A stretch of 64,000 nucleotides of DNA from Pavona decussata (Eukaryota): NCBI GenBank assembly GCA_977016875.1, contig CDRNST010000289.1, forward strand, positions 930,001 to 994,000. Reading direction: 5' to 3'. This document shows positions 28,901 to 40,731 of this stretch, in pieces. The translations under genes and the position numbers were made by a program. The stretch's first letter is position 1. The number at the start of each line of letters is the position of its first letter. A model generated the notes under the pieces. The model saw only the letters and a program-made list of their open reading frames with translations. It had not been told where the DNA came from and did no database searches.

Positions 28901-31900
28901 AAGTCTGGGCCCTGTAAGAGCTGATCATTTAAAGATGTGTTCTGAAACTTCGCCGCACAGTCAAACACGATCCTGACCTTTCCCGCCTTTTGGGAATGTA
29001 CAACAGGGTGGTGTGGTAAATACCAAACAGGAACATGGTCACTACAAACTGGCTCATCTGTGGTAATCCTCCTGGCATGGCCCTTAGCAAGGTAGTCTCC
29101 CATAGTTTCTTTGTAGCTTTCAAGGAGCTTAGGATCCCTTTTCAGCCGCCTTTTTAACAATTGTAGTCTCCTTTCTGCCATGGACCTGTTGTTTGGTAAG
29201 TATGGGGTGTCGCATTTCCAGGGAAGCGCAATCTCATAATGGCCACCCACCATTTTCACAGAGCTGTCCATAATAGATCTGGCTCGACGATCCTCTACAG
29301 AAAGGCACTCCTTCAAGTCAGCTGTACATTCACTGAAATCCGCATTGTAGAGGCGTTCTAGCTGAAGCTGGATTGGATCCATGCCCTTCACCGACTCAGT
29401 GCAGCCCAGTGACTGGTCAACGTGGATGAAATTCACATGGGCACCTTCATCCCTCCTTCCCTTCAGTGGTCCCGTAACAGTCCATCCTAGTAACGTTCGC
29501 ACTGCATGCGGTTGGCCAATTTTCCCAGTGCGTACTTCAAGAGGGCACAAAGCTTCCGGCACATCACTTCCGATCAGAATAGTTACTTTCTTGTCTACAA
29601 GATCTGCAATGTCAATGTTTCTAAGATGTGGCCAGTCCATTACATCCTTGTTTGTCGGAATGCTTCTCTCTGTAACCGGTAATGTTTCTGTAGTCCAGAC
29701 CTTCTCTAAGCGCACTCCCTTCCCTGTAGCAACACCAACTACGTCGAGGCATAGCTGTTGGCCTTCTTTACGTTGAGTTCCCGAGACCGTAGACAATGTG
29801 AACTCTACTGGTGTACAGTCTGCCTCTAGCTCTTTAGCTAAACTACTCAGGCACATGGTGGTGTTCGAGCCGCTGTCCAGAAAGGCGTAAGTTTCAATGA
29901 TACGATTGCTGTATGGTGAACTGACTTTTACAGGAACCACTTGGAGTCCAACATTGAAGCCGCATTACTTGTTGCACTTACACTGGTAGCATCATTGTGA
30001 GGACAGCCTCCAGGAGAAGGGGTTTGGACCTGAGAAGCACTCCTCGAGTTAAGCTCTGAACTGTTTGCGTTGTTTTGAACTGGATCAGATGAATGTAACA
30101 AAGGATGATGTCTCCTTTGGCAACGTTCAACCCCACACATCCTTGCAACCCGGCATTTCTTTACAAAGTGTCCTGGGCTGAGACATGAACTGCACACCCT
30201 CTTCTCATCCACGAGGTCCTGTCGCTGACGGAGTGTCAATTCTCTGAACTTGTGGCAACGCTCGAGATGATGGCTGCCCAAACAAAGAACACATTTAAAG
30301 GGTTTCCTCTCATTGCTGCCCTGCGGGAGGTCGCTGCCAAGCATGGCTAAGGTCATGCCATGGTTGGAGAGGCCAGTTTTGCCCTTGGATGATGATTTGA
30401 AGCCTCTAGATGACTCCAACTTTGGGTTGACTATTTGGCCAAAGCAGGTGTTGGCTACAGCAGCACGGCTTTGTACAAACTCTGTAAGGTGGGAGAATGT
30501 TGGTGTGATCTGAGATTCATACAACTGATTGGCCTTCTCTGCCCATTTTGCCCTGAGATGAATTGGAAGGCGGGCCACAATCTTTCCCAGTGTATCCATT
30601 GAGTTTAGATTACTTGTGTGTCCTAACTGGGTAGACCCAAGGAGGCATGTTTCCATGTCACGAGCCAGCTGGGACAATACTTCCGGATCAGGACTTCGAA
30701 TCGGAGGCCCATTGACTACCTTTTCTAGGAATGCCCTAGTCACTACATGGGTTCGGCCAAAGTTCCTCTGTAAAATCTCCTTCGCACGTTTGTAACCTTC
30801 TTCAGGGCGCATCATAATACAGTGTTCAATAGCTTCCCGTGCCTTTCCTCTGCAATACTGAACGAGGTAGCTTAGGCGATCCGCATCGTTTTCCTCCTTA
30901 CTTTCCACATTCACCTCAAAGTTTCGCATAAACAAAGGGAAGATATGGGGTTCGCCACTGAAGCTCATGTATTCTCTCTGAGGCATACGAAGACCCCGCA
31001 CCACTTCATCCATTGTGTTTTGCTGTCTTTCCAACAGACTCTGTAATTGCTGAGCACTGCTCGGAACTGTTGAGTGTTCACATGCCTTGTTCTGGTATAA
31101 GCTTGGTAAAGGACCCTCTTGTGTTCTTGATTCTGTTTGTTTCAACTCTGTGCATTCTCTCTGGGGGAGGAAATGAGCACCTACTCCATTCATAGTGTTC
31201 CCTTGTCTCCCTGACAGATTCCTCAATTGCTGACTACCTAACATTGTTGATTGGAGGCCTGTCTTGTCCTGATGCATGCTGGGAAGGGGTTCTGTTGGCG
31301 TTACAGACTCTGAACTCCCGCTTTCACTCATCCCTAAGTTTTCTTCGAGCCGTCGTAACTCTTCCTGTTGGCGTTTTATTTCCTGTTTTTTGCGCATAAT
31401 TTCCCGTTCTTGGATGGCACGATTCATTTCAATTTCCAATTTCTCCCTGGCTTCCTTCATACGCTTATCCAGAGCCGCCCTTTCGGCCAGTTCTTGCTCC
31501 TCAAGAGCCCGCAATCGCTTGGACCATTCTGACTCATCAAGGTTACGTTTACTTTCCTCTCCGCTCGCGGGCGTCTGGTAACGAAAGCTTGCTTCGCTAT
31601 CTACTGAGCTATGCAAAGTCCCGCGGGCAGGATCGGGCTTGCCCGAGAATGTGTTAGCGTAATTTCGCGGTACAAATGTCGGCGCTAAAGGAGTTAATTG
31701 TTGACCATACGGATTCTGAACAGAAGAAACACCACTCGAAGTCTCCTGTCGTACTGAAACACTTGAAATCTGTTGTAGTGGAGAAGGTTGAGAAACGGAA
31801 ACTGCCGCTCGAACTGTTGTACCACTCGAAGTTTCGGCTAATTCCGACTTCTGACCGTTGTCGACGTTAGGAGGAGAGTTTTCTGGAGAAGGATGCATGT

Positions 31901-32105
31901 TTATATTCTGTTCTACGGGCGTCTCTTTAGAATAAACCACATCTTGAGACATTCCTTCGGCCACAGTAAGCTCGTGATCATCTGACGCATGATAATCGTC
32001 ATCCTGTGAATCTTCGAGTTCAGCTTGATGTTGTGGCGTTGATTTCTTCGCTTTCTTGGAATTTGTCGGAGACTTCTTCGCTTTAATCTTTCCTTTCTTC
32101 GTCAT
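25984..32105 (-). pseudogene. BEL/Pao gag-pol polyprotein with three lesions
   Basis: Gag Zn knuckles (CVLC..SHHLERC, CSSC..GHFVKKC), protease AFLDSGS, RT FYVDD, RNase H HHFADAS, integrase HHCC plus GIDYFG/FSDNG/VWER. Frameshift ~29953, TAG at 27619-27621, frameshift ~26115. Confidence 0.93.
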
Positions 32106-32123
32106 CTCGATGTATGAGAACTG

Positions 32124-32488
32124 TATAAGCTCCAATTAGCTTATTGAACAGAAGATTTAATCCTTTACTGATGAGATACACACGAGTTTTATAAACATAC
32201 ACAAGCGCGCGGTTCTAAAATAAAAACAAAAATAGCGGTAACTAGAGTGATACCGAAACGAAATGAAGCTAAATAAACGAAATAAATGCAAATAAACAAA
32301 AATCCAAGTTGTTTACCTCATACAGTAAGAGAATCCCGGTAAAAGAAGCAAAATGCACCGATAAATATAACCTCTGATATAAACTTTCCGATAGAGCACA
32401 TGGCAAGTAAAAAAAAATAACAAAGGCGCTATGAAGAATCATGGGAAAGCAGGCCCGCAATACTTGCAAAGTACGAATAGATCCTACA
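32124..32488 (-). repeat. 5' LTR of BEL/Pao element
   Basis: Direct repeat of 25363-25728; begins TGTAGG on the - strand. Confidence 0.95.
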
Positions 32489-32765
32489 AAGGGTAATTAG
32501 TCCCCAATCCCCCTCTCTCTAAAGTTAAATATTAATTCCCGAAATCCCATACTCTAGTTGCTTACACAGATTCTAAAGAACAAAGAGGAATATCTCAGAA
32601 ATTCATTCTCTCAGTCTTCCAAAACTCATTACCGGATTTATTAAAATTATGGCTTGTAATATACAGGTATGTAAACATAATGATCCTTTGGTACCCTCGT
32701 CGTCTCTTGAACTTTTCTTTCGTCAGAATACTATTTATCAGTTTACTACCACGAATTAAAATTAT

Positions 32766-33007
32766 AAAAACCAGGAAAGATTTATTGCTGCTCGACGTTT
32801 CGGGGTCATCGTGACTCCATTATCAAGAGGCTAGTTTAAAAGCATGCAAATAAGGAAAGATACAAGATAAGCATGAATTACAAGAAACGGCATAAAGAAT
32901 GCTTATTTTGTACCTTTCCTTATTTGCATGCTATTTAAGTAGTCTCTTGATGATGGAGTCACGATGACCCCGAAACGTCGAGCAGCAATAAATCTTTCCT
33001 GGTTTTT
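32766..33007. repeat. ~240-bp inverted repeat, probably paired Penelope-like element termini
   Basis: Arms ~32766-32874 and ~32899-33007; each arm carries a minimal hammerhead-like motif followed by AATAAA. Confidence 0.65.
32943..32983 (+). ncRNA. Minimal type I hammerhead ribozyme-like motif (C3U variant)
   Basis: CTC-TTGATGA-T-GGAGTCA-CGA-TGACCCC-GAAA-CGTC-GAG: core, helix II, GAAAC-GUC, short helix I. Confidence 0.5.
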
Positions 33008-33464
33008 CATATGCCTTTGCTTCAGCAAATCCCAGCTGATCGAATGAAAATTAACTTTCTATTTAAGTTAACTTTATCAAATTTTATTTGTGTCCGTCTA
33101 TTTTTTCATTAATGTGTTTCTGCTATTGCCACCCGCCTTGATCAGCAATTTTCGCTATTTGCGGGTGGCAATCATTTCATGTAAAAAAAACAAAAACAAA
33201 AAACAAACAACGGAACAAAACAACAACAACAACAATAAAAGTTGAAGGTTGAAGTTGTAATGGACCTTACAGGTAACCATTGAACGCGGACGTGTACCAG
33301 AACTCTTTGTAAGTAGTATAGGATATGAAGGTTTTAGAGCTTTTCCATAAAATTGCGCTAACAATTTTGCCATAAAATTGCGCAGTATTTCATAATTTAT
33401 CAAAACAAGCCCACAAATAGCGGAAGTATTGCATTCGCAAAGCCAAACTGGAACAGCGCAATTT

Positions 33465-33775
33465 CCTGAAAAAACTGGTTAAAACCGGTTAAAGGAATTG
33501 CGCTAATAATTTTCCATAAAAACTGGTTAAAACCGGTTAAAGAAATTGCGCTAATAATTTTCCCAATGTCAAATCCAAAAAGGCTTAAAGAGAAGTCGCT
33601 TATATATGATATGGAAAAAGTTCCAGAAAATTTCCCGAGGTTAAATCCAAAAAGGCGTAAAGAAAAGTCACTTATATGTGATATGGAAAAAGTTCCAGAA
33701 AATTTCCCGAGGTTAAATTCAAAAAGGCTTAAAGAGAAGTCACTCATATATGATATGGAGAAAGTTCCAGAAAAA
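33465..33775. repeat. Polinton subterminal tandem repeats (48-bp x2, 72-bp x~3)
   Basis: CTGGTTAAAACCGG at 33475 and 33523; AAAT(C/T)CAAAAAGGC at 33571, 33643 and 33715. Confidence 0.9.
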
Positions 33776-33798
33776 AATCTAATCAAGAGTATATTTCA

Positions 33799-36700
33799 AT
33801 GGAGAATCTAACGAAATCTGATTTAATGCAAATTACTTTAGAGCAAAATAAGAATGTTGCTGTATTAACAAAAAAAGTAGATCAATTAATAGATTTGAAT
33901 AAGCAATTAATCAAACGAATCAAGCAACCAGTTCCAGCACCACGTACTAAAATCATGGAACGTCCTATTCCAGCACCGTGTACTAAAATTATGGAGCGGC
34001 CTGATCCAGCACCACGTAAAAATGTCAAGCAAATGGTTAAAGAATATGAGGAAAATATTATTACGCCAGTTCCACCTCCCCGCACTAAAATAAAGCAAGT
34101 GAATAAAGCTTTGAAAGGTTTTACTGAATCATATGAGGTGACAGTAATCGATGAAAAAGATCCATTAGTTCAATTACAAAAAACAAGACAAAAACTAGGA
34201 TTTTATATCAAAAACATATTAGAATACATGAAAGGTCTAAAGTTTATTGAAAATTTGAAAGTAGCATTTGAGAAAACAACAGGCGATGAAGTTATATCCA
34301 AGACGGCTTATTTTAACAGTAAGTCTCAAACGATAATCAACCAAACAGAAATTGCTGAAGCACTGCAATTGACTGCAGAACAAATCTTGAATAAGATAGC
34401 TTAATGGATATCAGAGAGTTCAGGATGGATCATAAAATCGATCCACAATCATTATTTGAATATTGTGTTGTTTAAACCAACAAAGGGTTCATCATATCTG
34501 AAACTACCAATTGAATTACAACATCATAAAAAAGGATTGATTAATCTGCAGAATAAAGACAATGAATGTTTTAGATGGTGTCACATTCGTCATTTAAATC
34601 CGATGGATAAGGACTCACAGCGCATAAAAAAATCTGACCCAAAATATGTTAGTGAATTAAATTATGATGGAGTTGTATTTCCTGTATCCATCAAACAGAT
34701 TAATAAAATTGAATTGCAAAATAAAATCAATATCAATGTTTTCGGTTATGAGAATAAGCAACCATATCCATATCCGTATTCATATCTCAAAAGAAAAGTT
34801 TGAAGATCATATGGAATTATTGCTTATATCTGAAAATGAGAATAAACATTTTGTGTACATCAAAGATTTTAATAGATTTATGCTTAACCAAACCAAGCAT
34901 AAAAACAAAAACATTTTTGTATGCATTGTTTGCAATGTTTTAGCACAAAAGATGTGCTTGATGTTCATAGAGAAAATTGTATTTCAATAAATGGAGCCTA
35001 AGCTATTAAAATGCCAAGCAAAGATCATAACATTTTACAATATAACCATTACCAAAAGCAATTACCCGCTCCATTTGTAAAGTATGCTGACTTTGAAGCA
35101 TTAACAAAGAAGATACATGGTTGTCAACAGAATAATAATAAATCGTATACAGATGCTTATCAAAAGCATACAGATTGTGGATATGGGTATAAGGTTGTTT
35201 GTTGTTACGATGATAAGTATACTAAAGATGTTCAATTTTATAGAGGTGAAAATGCTGTTTATAAATTCATGGAAAAAATTTTGGAAGAAGTTCGATATTG
35301 TAAAAGTGTAATTAAATACAAATTCAACAAGCCATTGAAAATGACAAGTGCAGACGAATTAAAATTGCGAAAAGCTGACAAATGCCATATTTGTAATGTG
35401 GTGTACAAAAAAGGGGATATAAGGGTCAGGGATCATTGCCACATCACAGGATTATTCAGAGGTTCAGCGCATCAAGATTTTTAATTTATCATATAAACTG
35501 ACAGACAAGATACCAGTAGTTTTCCATAATTTAAGGGGATATGATAGTCATTTTATTATGCAACAGATTGGTGAAATTGTGAAGAAAAATACGTATGTGA
35601 ATAAGAAAGGTGAAGAGTGTAGAATGAATGTTAATGCTATTCCGAATAACATGGAAAAATATATGGCTGTTATGTTGGGAGATAGTTTAGTGTTTATAGA
35701 TAGTTTTCAATTCATGAGTCAATCACTTGCGAATCTTGTTAACAATCTTCCGAAAGAGGCTTTAAAATTCACAAGAGAGTTTTTCAAAAACGACAAATAT
35801 ATTAATTTAAAGGTAAAGAAAGGGGTATACCCATATGATTACATGGATAGTTTTGAAAAGTTTAATGATTCTAAATTACCATCAAAAGAAGAGTTTTATA
35901 GTCAATTAAGTGATGAGCATATTTCTGGTGAAGATTATGCCCATGCGAAAAAAGTTTGGGAAACCGTCAAAATGAAAAATATGGGTTATTATCATGATTT
36001 ATATTTACATAGCGATATCCTTTTACTGGCAGATGTATTTGAAAACTTTAGGAAGACATGTTTAGAACATTACAAATTAGATCCATGTCACTATTTTACA
36101 AGTCCAGGTTTGAGTTGGGATGCTATGTTGAAAATGACTAACGTTAAATTAGAGCTGATGACTGATATTGATTGGTTCCAATTTATTGAAAAAGGTCTAA
36201 GAGGTGGCACCAGTTACATTGCTAATCGATATGGAAAAGCAAAGAATCCCTATATGAAAGAGTATGATGAAAAAGAACCATCTTCTTATATCATGTATCT
36301 TGATGCAAATAATTTATATGGATGGGCTATGTCTCAATGTCTTCCAACTGGTGGTTTCAAATGGATGTCTCAAAATAAAATAGATCAACTTGATTTAGCG
36401 AAATATAATGAAGATTCTGAAAAGGGATTGATATTAGAAGTTGATTTAGAGTACCCAGAAGAGTCGCATGAAATGCATAATGATTTTCCATTAGCGCCGG
36501 AGCAAGTTTGTGTGAAAGAAGAGATGTTATCAAATTATTGTAAATCAATAAAGTATAAATACAATATTTCAATTGGGCAGGTTTATAAATTAATTCCAAC
36601 ATTCTCTGAGAAACGGAACTATGTATTACACTATAGAAATTTAAAGTTATATGTGGATCTAGGTTTAACCATTAAGAAAGTTCATAGAGTGTTATCGTTT

Positions 36701-37563
36701 AATCAATCACCATGGCTGAAACAATACATAGATTTCAACACTCTTAAAAGAACTAATGCCAAAAATAGTTTTGAAAAAGATTTTTTTGAAAACTGATGAA
36801 TAATAGTGTATTTGGAAAAACAATGGAAAACCTCAGAAAAAGAGTTGATGTAAGGTTAGTCACTGATGAAAAGAAACTTGTTCAATTAACATCAAAACCA
36901 ACCATTGTCTCTAGTAAAATTTTCAACGAGAATCTTGTAGCTGTTCATAAGATCAAAGAGACATTAACCCTGAATAGACCAGCATATGTTGGGATGTGTA
37001 TTCTAGATATAAGTAAAACACTAATATATGATTTTCATTATAAATACATCAAATCCAAATACGGAAATAGAGCAAAATTATTATTTACAGACACTGATTC
37101 TCTAACGTATGAAATTCAAACAGAAGATGCCTACAAAGATTTTTGGAATGATAAAGATAAATTTGATAACAGTGATTATCCAGCAGATAGTCCGTTTTAT
37201 GATGCTAGTAATAAAAAGGTAATTGGTAAGTTTAAAGATGAAGCGGCCGGCAAACCGATAACGGAATGCATCGGTTTGCGTAGTAAAATGTATTCATACA
37301 TCAAAGATGATGGCACCAACAATAAAACTGCTAAAGGCATTGCTAAAAGCATAATCAAAAACGTTATTAAATATGAGGATTACAAAAATATATTGTTCAA
37401 CAACGAGCAAATGTATCATAACATGAAAACGATAAGAAGTGATTTGCATATCCTCAAGAGTTTTTCACTAAACAAAGTTTCATTATCATGTTTTGAAGAC
37501 AAAAGATATATTCACAATGATGGTATGAATAGTTATGCATATTGCCATTATAAAATTGTTTAA
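33799..37563 (+). pseudogene. polB: Protein-primed family B DNA polymerase (stops and frameshifts)
   Basis: ExoI YADFE, endonuclease-VII-like CHIC..RDHCHITG..RGSAH, ExoII FHNLRGYD, YLDANNLYG, NNSVFGK, FTDTDS; split over six ORFs. Confidence 0.95.
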
Positions 37564-37678
37564 TTAAATTAAGCAACCCTCTGATCATATGATAATGAAA
37601 TTCATTCATGATTGGATCTAATGGTAATACATAAATTTTATTTTTAAACGGTTTAAAGAAATGATACTATTATATATT

Positions 37679-38406
37679 ATGATGAGTATAAAAATATCTG
37701 ATAGAAATTATTTAATACATCCAGTTTATGATTTGTATGCCGCTTCTGATGATGGGAGTATCATAAATGTTGAAAATAAAATACCGTCAAAGGGTGATAA
37801 AAGTTGTAATGGATATATGAAATGTCTGGTTAGAAAAAATAGTCAAATGTTAAGAATATATTATGTTCATCGTCTTATTTGGGAATGCTTTAATGGAACA
37901 ATTTTGAGAGGAAAAGTGATTGATCACATCAATGATATCAAAGATGATAATCGCTTATCCAATTTACAACTATTATCTCGAAAAGTGAATAATAAAAAGC
38001 AGCAAAAAATCGTGATTATTCGTTTGTGGTTAATAATCATATCAATAAAAAATTCATTAAAGCCATCGATTGTAGTACCGATGAGGCAACATACTATGGT
38101 AGTATGTATGCTGTTCAACAAAATCTTGGTATTAATGCAGGGATAGTGAAAATGGTTTGTGAAGGCACTAACCACTGCAAAACTGGAATTTCAAAAAAGA
38201 ATGGTATCTCTTACAAATTTGAATATGTGGACAAAGAAGATATGCCTGATGATTATATCAAATCATCAAGAGCAGGAGAAAAAAGACGGCAACTATTAAC
38301 CGATGAAGAAAAGTGGTCGAATAGAACATTTGTATGTAGGTGTGGTCAAACCATGTTGAATAAAAATAAGAATTATCATAAACAAAATTGCACTTGGTTC
38401 ACTTGA
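37679..38406 (+). pseudogene. HNH homing-type endonuclease with C-terminal Zn finger (frameshifted ~38000)
   Basis: YVHRLIWECF...IDHINDIKDDNRLSNL; C-terminal CRCG...H...C. Confidence 0.85.
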
Positions 38407-38430
38407 ACCAACTGGATCAAGTGCATAGAT

Positions 38431-39384
38431 TTATACTAAATCCTTCAACGGTACCCAAGAATTAAAATCGATCATCACTATATCCTTTCCATTTCACTAA
38501 AGCTCGTTTTTTCTTGTGGTCTTTCCGGATGACTTTGTCTATTCTAAATACCTCTTGTTTTGCTTTCAATAATTCAGCTTCATAAAAACTGCCTTGTATC
38601 TCTTCATTATTGAGATCCTTCAGTTTGTAAGTGATTGGATTGGTGTATTGGATTTTATCGATAATGAACACTTCTTCGGTCCAGTTTGGTGTATAACCTT
38701 TGTCAAATACATTTCTTTTATACTTTGATATCCTGACCTTGTCACCTACTTTAAACTTAGGTAATTTTGGTTGCCTCATATCACCATATAGGTTGAAGTA
38801 AACAGTTCCTTTGTTTTTCTTTTCTCTGGCTTCTGTTGGTGTCATTTTGATTGAACTGTGTTTAGACATATTATACTGTTTCAACAACATGGGTAATATA
38901 GCCAGATACATTGTATTGCCTTGGGCAGTGAACTGCCTCCACATGGTTTTGATTGTTCTATTCCATCTCTCCACCACTGATGATTTCTCTTCATTTTCTG
39001 TTGAATAGAGTTTTATGTTGTGTTTATTGAGTAAGTCTTTCATATGTTTGTTGTAGAACTCTGGGCCTTTGTCAGTCCATAGATACTCTGGTTTATTCCC
39101 TTCTTCAAAACTGTTTTGGAATGCTTTGGTTACAGTTTCACTTTTCTTATCTTTAAACGGAACAATCCAGCCGTATTACTGAAGATATCTATAACCATGA
39201 GAAGATACTTATAAGCTTTGTTCCATTTACTCAACTGTTGCATTTCAACAAGATCAGCAGCCCATATTTCATCAACATGATTAAGAATAACACGCCGTCG
39301 AGTAAAGTTACGCTTTATGGGTTTATGCAGCTCATTAGCTAATGTTTCTAGCCAGTTTTTACTCGACGGCTTTTGGCGTTTTTT
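38431..39384 (-). pseudogene. Retroviral-type (rve) integrase with C-terminal chromodomain; no ATG of its own
   Basis: ELHKP..RRRV..WAAD / WTDKGPEF / SVVERWN DDE triad; chromodomain LVKWKGY..NSWVP; indels at ~39176 and ~38470. Confidence 0.93.
39294..39384 (-). promoter_or_regulatory. Candidate -1 ribosomal frameshift signal (PLA2 protein to integrase)
   Basis: A_AAA_AAC at 39384-39378 in X_XXY_YYZ phase, 7-nt spacer, perfect 13-bp stem 39370-39358 / 39306-39294. Confidence 0.75.
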
Positions 39385-40172
39385 GAAGCTCCAAGTCCTA
39401 GTTTTCTCTTAAGATAGATTGAGCCTTGAGCAAAGCTTGTCCCCCAAGGTCTTTCACGATAGGGAATTGCAGATATTCTTTGAAGCACGAGATGATCAGC
39501 AGCATGTTTATCGGATAATGATTGAGCATTACTATAATCTATATCATGTTGTTGACAAATAGCATCTAGCTTATTTATCGGTTCTCGATACTTGGGGTCA
39601 TCTGATGCCAATCTTTCATCTAATTTTGTTCCAGGGCCACAATAATTATATTTTTTACCAGTAGGAGTTCTCAAATGAAGTTCACCGAGTTTTGCAAGTT
39701 GGTTTTGTATATCGAAACCACTCCCATCAAGATCCTTTCTGTCAGTGGCATATTTTTTTTTTGGCCTCACTTTAGTAGATAATTGATCAAGCATTTCAGA
39801 ACCTGTCTTCTTTATAAAAGGAGTAGCTTTTTCCAAAGCATAATCAAGAGCCTTCTTTTGTAACTTGGGATTTCTCAATGCTTCAGATCCATAATATCTA
39901 CCCATTTCTGCAGCCTTTTTTACCCAACCATGGGATATCATGTTGAATCAACATATCAGCACCAGTTGACGCTATTGTATCCATTATGCCCGCCCCTTTG
40001 GACGGGCTGTTCCGTTTCCCTGATTTTGTTTAACGAATTTGTTTTTTTTTTTTATCCCGCATTCTGCACAAGTACAAAAGAACATCAATCGATTATTTTT
40101 TGTTCGGACATAACCAGAAGGTTCAACACATTCAGTGTGTTTTTTCTGTTGAACACAATACAATTTTACCAT
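39348..40172 (-). pseudogene. Zn-ribbon + helical + parvovirus-like phospholipase A2 virion protein (two indels near 39990 and 39920)
   Basis: YCV..KK.T...CTCAECGIKK; YNYCGPGTKL...INKLDAICQQHDIDY (Ca-binding loop and HD dyad). The bridging frame reads KGAGIMDTIASTGADMLIQHDIPWLGKK. Confidence 0.85.
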
Positions 40173-40185
40173 GTATACATATATA

Positions 40186-40725
40186 TTAGGCAATATTTGT
40201 AAAATAATTTATTATGAATCGATGGTTCACACTTTGCTCATTAAAATCAAATTTTACATTATGAATTGTTTCTGAAATTGATTTCCCTTTTTGACGTTCG
40301 ATTAAATAATAGAGGCACCAATATCCACATAATACAGAATCTTGATCTTGAATTTCATCTGATGAATAGACTAATGTTTTGTCACCTGTAGCGAGATATT
40401 TTTCCACTTCTTTTGGCATGGGCAATCCAAAACTATCAAAATATTCAGCATATTTGTTTCCATTTCGATATGCAAGCCAATGTGTGCCTGATCCGATATA
40501 ATCATCAAGATTTATGATCCCCACTTCATTTTTTCTGATGGACATGGGTAATTTATCTTCGCTGAATACTCCTCTAAAATATTTGATACCAAGCTGTGTA
40601 GCCCAATTAATGAGATCAATATTGCTTAGCGGGGTATTAATAAATTTCACAATATGTCCACTACCTGAAGGCAGTGCAGATCTTACAAGATATCCCCAAT
40701 TAGTGGAATGCCTTTGAAAGGACTG
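40186..40725 (-). CDS. Adenain-like cysteine protease (no ATG; frame opens at the A-run near 40730)
   Basis: GIINLD..SGTHW, YFDSFG, IQ....LCGYWC catalytic H/D/Q/C. Confidence 0.92.
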   Translation of the reverse strand, partial: QSFQRHSTNWGYLVRSALPSGSGHIVKFINTPLSNIDLINWATQLGIKYFRGVFSEDKLPMSIRKNEVGIINLDDYIGSGTHWLAYRNGNKYAEYFDSFGLPMPKEVEKYLATGDKTLVYSSDEIQDQDSVLCGYWCLYYLIERQKGKSISETIHNVKFDFNEQSVNHRFIINYFTNIA

Positions 40726-40731
40726 TTTTTT
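40657..40731 (-). promoter_or_regulatory. Candidate -1 ribosomal frameshift signal (core protein to protease)
   Basis: A_AAA_AAC at 40731-40725 in phase with the N-S-P-F frame; crossing stems AAGGCA/TGCCTT and TCCACTA/TAGTGGA downstream. Confidence 0.6.

Larger units (their letters stand above)
25363..32488 (-). mobile_element. Full-length BEL/Pao LTR retrotransposon
   Basis: Two ~365-bp LTRs, 5-bp TSD AAGGG (25358-25362 and 32489-32493), gag-PR-RT-RH-IN order, GGGGCCGG tract before the 3' LTR. Confidence 0.96.

Noticed and set aside
29928-29960. Programmed gag-pol frameshift in the BEL element
   Set aside because: No slippery heptamer; BEL/Pao elements usually have a single ORF, and one added A restores SNVGLQVVPV.
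33400-33811. ORFs with 24-aa repeats; superficially CRISPR-like periodicity
   Set aside because: Head-to-tail 72-bp repeats with no unique spacers, in the Polinton terminal region.
40041-40053. A third in-phase A_AAA_AAC in the Zn-ribbon ORF
   Set aside because: The -1 frame stops within ~4 codons and no strong stem follows; it shows the heptamer alone can occur by chance.
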